In this document: piece after piece, positions 47,255 through 55,257 of the stretch
Numbering within the stretch: the stretch's first letter is position 1
Layout: every line of letters begins with the position of its first letter
Notes under the pieces: generated by a model
Databases searched by the model: none
What the model was told of the DNA's origin: nothing
The model's input: only the letters and a program-made list of their open reading frames with translations
DNA from: Chthoniobacteraceae bacterium
Lineage (GTDB): Bacteria; Verrucomicrobiota; Verrucomicrobiia; Chthoniobacterales; Chthoniobacteraceae
Direction of reading: 5' to 3'
Assembly: GCA_037190965.1 (NCBI GenBank)
Contig: JBBCKI010000029.1
Coordinates: 131,784-195,783 of the forward strand
Length of the DNA: 64,000 nucleotides
Translations under genes and position numbers: made by a program

Positions 47255-49600
47255 ATGCCCATTCTCTCCACCGTTGGACGCAAAAGCTGGTCGAGCCGCC
47301 TGTTTGTCTGGTTCCTCTACGCCTGCCTCTCGTTCTTCGGAGCCACCATGGTTATCCCGTTTCTTATCACGGTAACCGGCTCCGCGACGAACGCCTTCGA
47401 TTACGAACGTTTCTCCGTGCTGCCGCGCTTCACGTGGTCCCGGGACGACCGCTTTGTCAAAGGCCTGGTGTATTTCTTCAACGGCTATCCGGGCTGGTAT
47501 TCCTCACTGCGCAACTATCTCCCGGAGGTGCCGGAGAGCTGGACCTCATGGCGCACCGCCGGCCTGGACGAAGAGGGGGTGCGCCGGCTCTCTGCGGAGT
47601 ATCTCGACGCCTCGCCCGAGACGCGCGTTTTCCGCGCCCGGCAGGCAGCTGACTATGCGGAGTTTTCTCTGCGTTATCCGCTGGCGGATTCCCAGGCCGC
47701 GATCACGCCGGAACTCTCCTCGCAATTCATTGCCTTGAAGTACGGACAGCTTTGGGCGCAGAAACATCCTGGCGCTGCCACGAAAGCCGAACGGGAAGCC
47801 GGCGCGCTGGCCATGCTCTCGGAAAGCTGGGGCGTGCCCATCCCCGATTTCTACACGATCAACTTCAAGGCGGAGAATCGCGCGCCCATGGGACAGCAGA
47901 CATGGAGCCCGCCAAAGACACCGAAGTACGCCGACTATCTCGATTTTCTTTACGCCTTGCGGCACGGCTTCGGCACGCCGGGGGTTCTGCCGGCCTGGCG
48001 GCGCTTCTTGCAAGAGAAGGGCCTTTCCAAGCAGGAAACGGAGCGCCTCTCGCCGCTACCGGCGGATGCTTCGATGGAAGAACAGGCGCTCTGGCTGGAG
48101 TTTGCCCGCGCATCGGCTCCGGCCTCGCCGGTGATACCCTTTCCCCTGCGCCTGGTCTGGATCGAATTTCTCCAGAGCGACGAGGCTCGTCCGCTCCTCG
48201 GCCTGGAGGGTAGACAGCGGTTCGATGTCGCCCATTACAACGCGCTGGCCGGGACTCAGTATGGCCGGCTTTCCGAAACTCCGTTTCCGTTGCCGGTAGC
48301 CGAGTTCGACGGCTTGCGGAAAGCGTGGGACCGCTTCGTAGAGTCCCGCTATCCATTGCGGCTCACGACAATTGTGGTGAACGAGCAGACGCAACTGGCC
48401 TTCCGGCAGTTTCTGGAAAACCAGTATCATTCACTCGAAAACGTGAACCGCCTGCTGGGCACCCAGTTCGCCGCGTGGTCCGAATTCACGCTACCTCCCG
48501 GCCTGCCCGAGGGCTCCGCTTTGAACCCGAACTCCGAAGTTGATCGCGGCGATCTGACGCAATTTGCTGGTCGCGAGTGCCTTTCGTCAGGGCTCGCCGT
48601 ATCTAAAGATACGCCTCGCCCTTCCTCAAATCATCGCGACTCAGCCTCTTGCGCCAGCTCATCCGCTCCAACATCGGAGTTCGGGTTGAATGGCGCGGGC
48701 CGGCGTGAGGTGTGGATGGATTTCGTGCGCACCCTGCCCGCGGCGCAGCGGGAACTCCATTCGGCAGAAGGGGACTATCAAAAATTTCTGCTCACGAAGT
48801 ACGGTTCCCTGGCGACCATCAATGAAGCCTATGGCTGGCGGCTGGCGCGGATCGAGGAGGCGCGACCTGCCTTCGACGCAGCCTACGCGGCGACCTACTC
48901 GGCCCACGCGCTCGCCTTTACCCTCGACGCGCCGCTCTCCAATTATCACACTATCGCTCAATTCCTTCTCAGTCGGGGAAACGCCATCCCGGTCACGCTT
49001 TGGCTCATCTTACTGAGCATTTTTTCCTCGCTCACCATCAATCCTCTGGCCGGCTACGCCTTGTCCCGGTTCAATCTTCGCAACAAGGACAAAATTATTC
49101 TTTTCTGTCTGGCAACGTCTGCTTTCCCCGCCATGGTTAGCGCCATCCCCGGGTATCTCCTGATGCGCGACCTGGGGCTGCTCAATACCTTCTTCGCGCT
49201 CATCCTGCCTGGCGCGGCAAGTGGCATGAGCATCTTCATTTTGAAGGGATTCTTCGATTCGCTTCCGCAGGAACTTTACGAAGCCGCCACCATTGATGGA
49301 GCCAAGGAATGGCAGATCTTCGTGAAAATTAGCCTTCCGATGCTCACGCCCATCCTCGCCGTGAATGCGCTCAACGCCTTCCTCAGCGCCTATGGCAGTT
49401 GGGAATGGGCTCTCATCGTCTGCCAGGACAAAAGCATGTGGACGCTTTCGGTCTGGCTTTACCAAGCCAGCCAATGGTGGGTACAGACCCCGTGGATTAC
49501 CACGGCCGGATTCGTCATCGCCTCGGTTCCGACCCTCCTGGTCTTCCTTTTTTGTCAAAAGATCATTTTGCGCGGCATCGTCGTGCCATCCATGAAATAG
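47255..49600 (+). CDS. Sugar ABC transporter MalG-type permease with a large extracytoplasmic insert
   Basis: C-terminal AGYALSR, LGLLNT, FFDSLPQELYEAATIDGA, FLFCQKII; ~500-aa insert after TM1. Confidence 0.9.
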   Translation: MPILSTVGRKSWSSRLFVWFLYACLSFFGATMVIPFLITVTGSATNAFDYERFSVLPRFTWSRDDRFVKGLVYFFNGYPGWYSSLRNYLPEVPESWTSWRTAGLDEEGVRRLSAEYLDASPETRVFRARQAADYAEFSLRYPLADSQAAITPELSSQFIALKYGQLWAQKHPGAATKAEREAGALAMLSESWGVPIPDFYTINFKAENRAPMGQQTWSPPKTPKYADYLDFLYALRHGFGTPGVLPAWRRFLQEKGLSKQETERLSPLPADASMEEQALWLEFARASAPASPVIPFPLRLVWIEFLQSDEARPLLGLEGRQRFDVAHYNALAGTQYGRLSETPFPLPVAEFDGLRKAWDRFVESRYPLRLTTIVVNEQTQLAFRQFLENQYHSLENVNRLLGTQFAAWSEFTLPPGLPEGSALNPNSEVDRGDLTQFAGRECLSSGLAVSKDTPRPSSNHRDSASCASSSAPTSEFGLNGAGRREVWMDFVRTLPAAQRELHSAEGDYQKFLLTKYGSLATINEAYGWRLARIEEARPAFDAAYAATYSAHALAFTLDAPLSNYHTIAQFLLSRGNAIPVTLWLILLSIFSSLTINPLAGYALSRFNLRNKDKIILFCLATSAFPAMVSAIPGYLLMRDLGLLNTFFALILPGAASGMSIFILKGFFDSLPQELYEAATIDGAKEWQIFVKISLPMLTPILAVNALNAFLSAYGSWEWALIVCQDKSMWTLSVWLYQASQWWVQTPWITTAGFVIASVPTLLVFLFCQKIILRGIVVPSMK
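48524..48687. repeat. Palindromic element family B, copy 1 (164 bp), inserted in frame in the permease gene
   Basis: Ends AACCCGAACTCCGAAGTTG / CAACATCGGAGTTCGGGTT; central CGTATCT-aa-AGATACG; TTGAA recurs 165 bp apart (48521, 48686). Confidence 0.88.
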
Positions 49601-49763
49601 AGCGCTTTTGAGTTAAATGTTTACAATTATTTGCGAGCGCCGTGGGTTGGTGCGCGGCTTTTCAAGCGAAGCGGCTGTATTTCCAATACTGCCCGAGCTT
49701 GAAGGGCCGCGCAACGGCCCGCGCCGCCGCAAAGAATGTAAACAGGAATTCAAAACCGCTCTA
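49598..49763. repeat. Palindromic element family A, copy 2 (166 bp)
   Basis: Ends TAGAGCGCTTTTGAGTT / AATTCAAAACCGCTCTA (TA...TA); begins at the permease TAG stop; stems TGTTTACA/TGTAAACA, TGCGCGGC/GCCGCGCA, TTCAAGC/GCTTGAA. Confidence 0.88.
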
Positions 49764-49768
49764 TCCCC

Positions 49769-51214
49769 ATGACTAGTCGATTCCTCCTTGCCTTTTTCCT
49801 GGCCTGCGCGCCCGTGCCATCTTTCGCCATGAACTTGAATCTTGCGCGCCCCTACACCGTGGAGTGCTCGCCCCCGCAAACCCCGCAACTGGCCTTCTCC
49901 AGCCCGCAATCCGAAACCCTGCTGTTTGAAAAGGGGCAGGAAATTACGATGCTTTGCCAGGCGGGCACGCGGGCCATCGGTTTGAGCTGGTCCCTCCATC
50001 GCAACAGGGTTAAGAAACCCTTTCTAGAAGGCCAGGCGGAGGCTCTGCCCGCCAATCAGTTCAAGATCCGCCTTCCCACCGGCCAGCTTGAGCCCGGCTT
50101 TTACGACCTGCGTGTCAAGCTGGATAATGGCGTGGACCCGCTTGTCGAGGGGGTGAGCACTTTTGGATGGCAGGTCTCCTCCATGGCCCTGCGCGAGACA
50201 CGGCCGGCGGATTTTTCCGCCTTTTGGAAAGCCCTCGTCGATGCGTATGCCGCAGCGCCCCTTGATGTGCGGATGGAAAGCGAGATGAAAACTTATCGTG
50301 GGAAAGAGATCGGTGAGTACAACGCCAAGGAAGCGGCGCTGCCCGGCGACTACGATCCCAACGGCCATAAGTTCGACGAGGTGGAATCCTGCAAGATCAG
50401 TTATGCGGGACCCGACGGCGGGCGAGTTTACGGATGGCTTGCGCGGCCCAAGGGAGGCGGTCCGTTCCCAGGTATGATCGTCCTGCCCGGTGCGGGTTTC
50501 AACGCCCGGCCTCGTCCTTTGGAGCACGCACGGCACGGTTTCGTGGCTTTGGATATCCAGATCCACGGTCAGGATGTTGACTTGGAGAAATACGAGAAAC
50601 TGCCGGGCTACTATAATCAGTTCACTTACGAACCGCCTCAGGACTACTATTACAAGAACGTCTACCTGCGCGCTTTGAAAGCCGTTGAGGTGCTGACCAC
50701 GCGGCCCGAGGTCAAGAAGAATGAGATCGTGGTCGTCGGCGGCAGCCAGGGGGGGCGGCTGGCGATCGTGGTGGCGGCGCTGGATCCGCGCGTTCGGGCG
50801 GCCATCTCATGCATCGCTAATTCTGCCAATTACCCGCATCTCCGCTGGGTCGCCGATTGCAACGGCCTGGTCAGCCCGTTCGGAAAGCAGCTCCGGGAGG
50901 GGGGTGTAATATCCGACGGCACGGCACTTTCCGACGCTCCACCCGCATTTGACGATCCGGAGGCCCGCTGTGTGCGCTACTACGATCCCATGAACTTCGC
51001 CTCCGACGTGAAGTGTCCGGTCTTGATGAATGCCGGGCTCATTGATCCCGTTTCCCCACCCTTCAGCATTTGGGCTGTCTTCAACCGGCTGGGCACGAAG
51101 GACCGGCAGATCGTGGCCCTGCCAGGTCTCGGCCATGACTGGTCGGCGGAATTCGACCGGCGGGCCTGGCATTGGTTGGAGGAGCGCCTCAAAGCCAACG
51201 CGGGGACAAATTGA
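49769..51214 (+). CDS. Acetylxylan esterase / cephalosporin-C deacetylase family (CE7), secreted
   Basis: VYGWLARPK, PQDYYY, GGSQGG nucleophile, YYDPMNFA, GLIDPVSPP, LGH. Confidence 0.88.
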   Translation: MTSRFLLAFFLACAPVPSFAMNLNLARPYTVECSPPQTPQLAFSSPQSETLLFEKGQEITMLCQAGTRAIGLSWSLHRNRVKKPFLEGQAEALPANQFKIRLPTGQLEPGFYDLRVKLDNGVDPLVEGVSTFGWQVSSMALRETRPADFSAFWKALVDAYAAAPLDVRMESEMKTYRGKEIGEYNAKEAALPGDYDPNGHKFDEVESCKISYAGPDGGRVYGWLARPKGGGPFPGMIVLPGAGFNARPRPLEHARHGFVALDIQIHGQDVDLEKYEKLPGYYNQFTYEPPQDYYYKNVYLRALKAVEVLTTRPEVKKNEIVVVGGSQGGRLAIVVAALDPRVRAAISCIANSANYPHLRWVADCNGLVSPFGKQLREGGVISDGTALSDAPPAFDDPEARCVRYYDPMNFASDVKCPVLMNAGLIDPVSPPFSIWAVFNRLGTKDRQIVALPGLGHDWSAEFDRRAWHWLEERLKANAGTN

Positions 51215-51218
51215 CGGA

Positions 51219-52634
51219 ATGAGCCTCTGGTTCCCCACTCAGCACGATGCACGGGCAGATTTCACTTTTTTGGAAGGGCGATCGGCCCCGCGTGATCGCC
51301 CGTTAATGGCGATCACCGATAAGCGTTCCACCACACTTAGGTGGCGCGAGTGGCCGCGCGATAGTAACCGGTTGGAATTGAGCCTGGCCGTCGCCATCGA
51401 TTTTCCAGATTCCCCGGAGAACGAGCTGCTCGTCACCTGCGGGCCGGACCAAGGCGTGGTCGGACAACTGGAGATTCGCCATCCCGACCCCTACCAGATC
51501 CTTTCGATTCCGCTGGATCCCGCCCGGCTGTCCGGCTCGGTGGATTTGACGCTCCGGCTGCAACTCGCCTCCGGAAGTTGTATCTGGCTGTTCGCGCCCA
51601 ATCGCGAGGCGTCCCATGGATTGGAGTACCACGTGCCCCATCTCCACGTACCATCCGGGCCTCCGGCCGAGTTCCGATCGCGGCTTTGCTCGATGGCCTC
51701 CCTTCAGGCTTTCGGTTGGAAAGAGGGCTGTGTTCTCGAGGGCATTCATGCGCTGGGCAAGGCCGGACTCTGCCTGGAGGCGCCCCTGGTCATTCGCCGT
51801 CATCTCGATGAATTCGGCTTTTCCAGCGGAAAGCTCATCTACGAGACGCCGCGCAGTGAGCGCGTCTCCAACCGTCTTACTACCATCGAATCGACCCTGC
51901 CCTTTGCGCAGGTCGCCCGCCTGGATCCACTTCATCCCTGGGTGGATCTCGCCGTGGACTATTGGCAGCAACAGCTCGATGAGCTTGGCCAGGTTTGCGA
52001 GCATAGCATGATCTCCAGCGAGGGCGCCTATACCGTGGCCTATCCCATGACGCTCATCGCCCACACGCGCGGCGAGGAACGCTGGGCCGTGCTTGCCCAA
52101 GACTTGCTTATCAAGACCTTCGCGCATCTCGTCCAGCCCGAGGGGATTTATCTCCGCTGTTTTCAGGACGGTACACGCACTCATCGCAATTGGGCTCGGG
52201 GCCTGGCTTGGCTGCTTCTCGGCCATGTCCAGACCTTGCGCCACCAGCCGTCTCCATCCGCCCAACTCGTCGAACAATTGCTCCACCTGGCGGAGTTCGC
52301 CAAATGCTACCAAAGGGAAGACGGCCTTTGGTCCACCTACCTCGACGAACCCACGATCAAGCCCGATACTTCCGGCTCGGCTGGCATCGCCGCGGCTTTT
52401 GCCCTCGCCTCCGGCTCCGGGTGGTTGCCGACCGTCTATCGCGAGCGGGCCATGCTCTGCCGCCAGGCTTTGAGCGGGTGGCTTACGAGCGAGGGTTTTC
52501 TGGGAGGGTGTTCCCAATCCAATAAGGGTGGCGAGGAACTTCAGCGCAGTCCTTATAGGGTTGCTCTTCCCTATGCCTTAGGACTGCTGGGGACTTTGGA
52601 GGCGGCTTTGATGATACCCGAAAACCGAAGTTGA
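51219..52634 (+). CDS. Glycoside hydrolase family 88/105-like (unsaturated uronyl hydrolase fold)
   Basis: NWARGLAW, YQREDGLW, DTSGSAGIA. Start ATG 51219; the last codons come from the family B repeat. Confidence 0.8.
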   Translation: MSLWFPTQHDARADFTFLEGRSAPRDRPLMAITDKRSTTLRWREWPRDSNRLELSLAVAIDFPDSPENELLVTCGPDQGVVGQLEIRHPDPYQILSIPLDPARLSGSVDLTLRLQLASGSCIWLFAPNREASHGLEYHVPHLHVPSGPPAEFRSRLCSMASLQAFGWKEGCVLEGIHALGKAGLCLEAPLVIRRHLDEFGFSSGKLIYETPRSERVSNRLTTIESTLPFAQVARLDPLHPWVDLAVDYWQQQLDELGQVCEHSMISSEGAYTVAYPMTLIAHTRGEERWAVLAQDLLIKTFAHLVQPEGIYLRCFQDGTRTHRNWARGLAWLLLGHVQTLRHQPSPSAQLVEQLLHLAEFAKCYQREDGLWSTYLDEPTIKPDTSGSAGIAAAFALASGSGWLPTVYRERAMLCRQALSGWLTSEGFLGGCSQSNKGGEELQRSPYRVALPYALGLLGTLEAALMIPENRS

Positions 52635-52778
52635 TCGCGGCGGCCTTGCGCAATTTCCTGGGCATAAATGGCTTCGTCGAAGTGCGCCGTATCAAAAGAT
52701 ACGACCGCACTTCTCCTCAACCGTTTCTGCACCAGGCTCTTGCGCAGTTCCGCTCGCTCCAGCATCGGTTTTCGGGTT
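52615..52778. repeat. Palindromic element family B, copy 2 (164 bp)
   Basis: Ends ACCCGAAAACCGAAGTTG / CAGCATCGGTTTTCGGGT; central CGTATC-aaaa-GATACG, GAAGTGCG/CGCACTTC; alignable to 48524-48687. Confidence 0.88.
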
Positions 52779-52803
52779 AAACCCCTACCGCGCTGAAGTT
52801 GGC

Positions 52804-53157
52804 TCACGCGTCGATCCAGATGTCGCCGTTCTCGACCTTGAGAGGAAACATCTTGATGCGAGGCTTGATGGGGCACACGGAGGCGCCGCTGGTCAGGTCG
52901 AATTCCCAATGATGCCAGGGACACTTTAGGACCGGCCGGTCGTGGTCGCAATCCGGCAACGCGCCGGGTTCATTCCCGAGTACGATGGCTTCCACCCGGC
53001 CGCGAGCGATGGGCGCGCCGGCGTGTGGGCAGAAATTCAGCACGGCGTGGAAGGAATCACCATATCGAAGAATTCCGATCTCACGGCGTCCCAGAGAGAC
53101 CATTGTCGGTGTGCCTTCCCGCACCTCCGAGGCCATGCAAACCTTTTGCCAGCTCAT
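52804..53157 (-). CDS. Rieske (2Fe-2S) ferredoxin
   Basis: CPH...CPWH ligands; 117 aa; ATGA overlap with the amidohydrolase gene. Confidence 0.93.
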   Translation of the reverse strand: MSWQKVCMASEVREGTPTMVSLGRREIGILRYGDSFHAVLNFCPHAGAPIARGRVEAIVLGNEPGALPDCDHDRPVLKCPWHHWEFDLTSGASVCPIKPRIKMFPLKVENGDIWIDA

Positions 53158-54239
53158 GAGATAGCTGCCTCCGTAACGGGAACTGCGGGGAGGTTGAAGA
53201 ACTGCGCGGCATTGTCGTGCAAGATACGGCGGAGCGTCGTCTCGCCCAACGCGCGGGGAAGCTTCGTGGGCTCGTCGAAATCCCAGTGCGGGAAGTCGCT
53301 GGCATACATCACGATATCGTCAGCGCCGATCATGTCGAACATCTGCAGGAGGTGCTCGGCCTTCGAGGGCTCCTCGATCGGCTGGGTGGTGAGCCGCACG
53401 TGGTCTCGTACGTAGTCGCTGGGCATGCGCTTGAGGAAGGGGGCCTGATGCCGCAACCCCTTGAACTCGGCATCCATGCGCCACAGCAGATGCGGCAGCC
53501 AGCATATTCCACCCTCCACCAGGATGACTTTGAGTTGTTCAAATTTGGCGAACACGCCGTTCAGCACCATGCTGGCCACCTGCGCCATGTAGAACTGCGG
53601 CATGCAGACATGGCTTTCGAGATAGGTGGCGGCCTGGCCAGCGGGAGTCATGGCCGCATTGGCAATGGTGGCGGTGGTGGAGGGATGCAGATGCAGCGGC
53701 AGGTTATGCCTCTGGCAGGCCTCGTAAATGGGCCAGTAGTAGCGCTCGCCGAAGGCGATGCGATTTGCCGTGGCGAAGACGGATACCGCGACGACACGGG
53801 GCGTTCCCGCCAGGCGCTCGATCTCCCGCACGGCTTGTGCGGGGTCTTGCAGCGGGATCTTGAGGGTAAGCAAAAATCGCTCGTCTCGCGGCAGCCATCG
53901 GTCGAGGTAGTAGTTGTTCAGCGCCGTGCATAGAGCTGCCGTGTAGTCGGGATCGGGCATGCCGGCGATGTGGCCGTTGTTACCCGAGAGGATCGCGTAG
54001 CGATGTCCGTAGGTATCAAGGAGTTGCTCACTGTAAAATTCGGGATCCCTGAGCGTCCGGCCATTTCGTTCGCCGCCGAGGTCCCAGCGGTTCCCCCCGT
54101 CCTCGAAGCGGATTCCGGAGGAAATGATGCGTGGTCCAAAGCGCGCCACCTCGGATCGGTAGGGTTCGGGCAGATATTCGCACCATTCTTCCTGGGTAGG
54201 GTTGGGCTGGTGAATGTCGCAATCGATGAGGGGTTGCAT
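53154..54239 (-). CDS. Amidohydrolase_2-family TIM-barrel protein (possible dinuclear oxygenase)
   Basis: IDCDIH, LHLHP, VEGG, YASDFPHWD, NAAQFF. Confidence 0.88.
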   Translation of the reverse strand: MQPLIDCDIHQPNPTQEEWCEYLPEPYRSEVARFGPRIISSGIRFEDGGNRWDLGGERNGRTLRDPEFYSEQLLDTYGHRYAILSGNNGHIAGMPDPDYTAALCTALNNYYLDRWLPRDERFLLTLKIPLQDPAQAVREIERLAGTPRVVAVSVFATANRIAFGERYYWPIYEACQRHNLPLHLHPSTTATIANAAMTPAGQAATYLESHVCMPQFYMAQVASMVLNGVFAKFEQLKVILVEGGICWLPHLLWRMDAEFKGLRHQAPFLKRMPSDYVRDHVRLTTQPIEEPSKAEHLLQMFDMIGADDIVMYASDFPHWDFDEPTKLPRALGETTLRRILHDNAAQFFNLPAVPVTEAAIS

Positions 54240-54317
54240 GGGCCCAAATCTATCCGGCTTGCAGCGCGGCTGCTTGCCCGGTTGTGACCTGAAGCTTGCC
54301 TATTTGTGATGCCCGGA

Positions 54318-55154
54318 CTAACCCAGCCGTTGGAGCTGGCGATACTGCGTGGGCGTAACGCCCTCGAATTCGCGAAAGATACGCGTGAAATGGGCGTGGG
54401 AGCGAAATCCTGTGGCCAAGGCAACATCGAGGACGGTCCAATCGCCTTGCATGACCAAGAGACGCCGGGCCTCCGCAATGCGAGTCGCCACGACATAGCG
54501 GTGAAGGGGAATGCCAAGCTCGCGGGTAAACGCGCGGCTCAGATGCTCGCGGCTGAGGCCAAACCGCGCCGCAATGCACTCGGTCGGCAGGTCTTCGTCG
54601 AGGTGCTCACGCACAAACCCCGCCACGCGCGACGCCAGACTGGCGGCTTGAACGTCGCGCCCCAGGGCGATGAGCGAGCGGAGGGCCAGCACGGCGGCTT
54701 CGATGGACAAGGCCAGACTGGCCTCTTCCCAGCCGGGAGGTTGCAGGCGGGTCTCCTTCGCGATGCGCGCGATCAAGTCACGAAAGCGGGAGGCGTTTCC
54801 GTCGGAAAGCCGGGTCAGCGCAGGCTCGGCGAACTCCGCCCGCTCCAGTAGCGCCCTCGGCAGCCGGTGCCGGGAATCTGTAGCGACACATAGGACCGCG
54901 CGCACATACGGAACGCGCCCATCAGCCAAAAGGCGGTGAACTTTGCCCTGCGGCACGATGACCAGGCACCCGGGAGAAATCTCGAAGTCGCTTGATTCGA
55001 CAGTCAACGTCCCCTTGCCCTCGCAGGTGAGGTTAAACTCCAGCCCGAGCTGGCGGTGCGAAGTCGTATCCGTCCGGCGCTCCGGGCTCACCGCGTAAAC
55101 GGGGAAGCGGGAAAGTCGTCGGCCCAGCACTTCGTTCCAAGGGGGCGATTTCAT
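54318..55154 (-). CDS. AraC-family transcriptional regulator
   Basis: N-terminal cupin; C-terminal HLSRAF...DVALATGFRSHAHFTRIFREFEGVTPTQYR. Confidence 0.93.
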   Translation of the reverse strand: MKSPPWNEVLGRRLSRFPVYAVSPERRTDTTSHRQLGLEFNLTCEGKGTLTVESSDFEISPGCLVIVPQGKVHRLLADGRVPYVRAVLCVATDSRHRLPRALLERAEFAEPALTRLSDGNASRFRDLIARIAKETRLQPPGWEEASLALSIEAAVLALRSLIALGRDVQAASLASRVAGFVREHLDEDLPTECIAARFGLSREHLSRAFTRELGIPLHRYVVATRIAEARRLLVMQGDWTVLDVALATGFRSHAHFTRIFREFEGVTPTQYRQLQRLG

Positions 55155-55257
55155 GACTCTGGGAGCAAGCAAAATACTGGGGGTTCGGCTGCCATGGCGA
55201 GCTCTCGCGCAATTTAAACTGCTCTAATTTCCGCTTCTCGAAATGGAAAGGCAAGCA

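Noticed and set aside
45646..47283. 545-aa minus-strand ORF
   Set aside because: Antisense to the clearly identifiable SBP-permease; expected in GC-rich coding DNA
44312..52778. Repeats considered as a CRISPR array or integron attC sites
   Set aside because: No short regularly spaced repeats or cas genes; no GTTRRRY/RYYYAAC ends or integrase; one copy is intragenic
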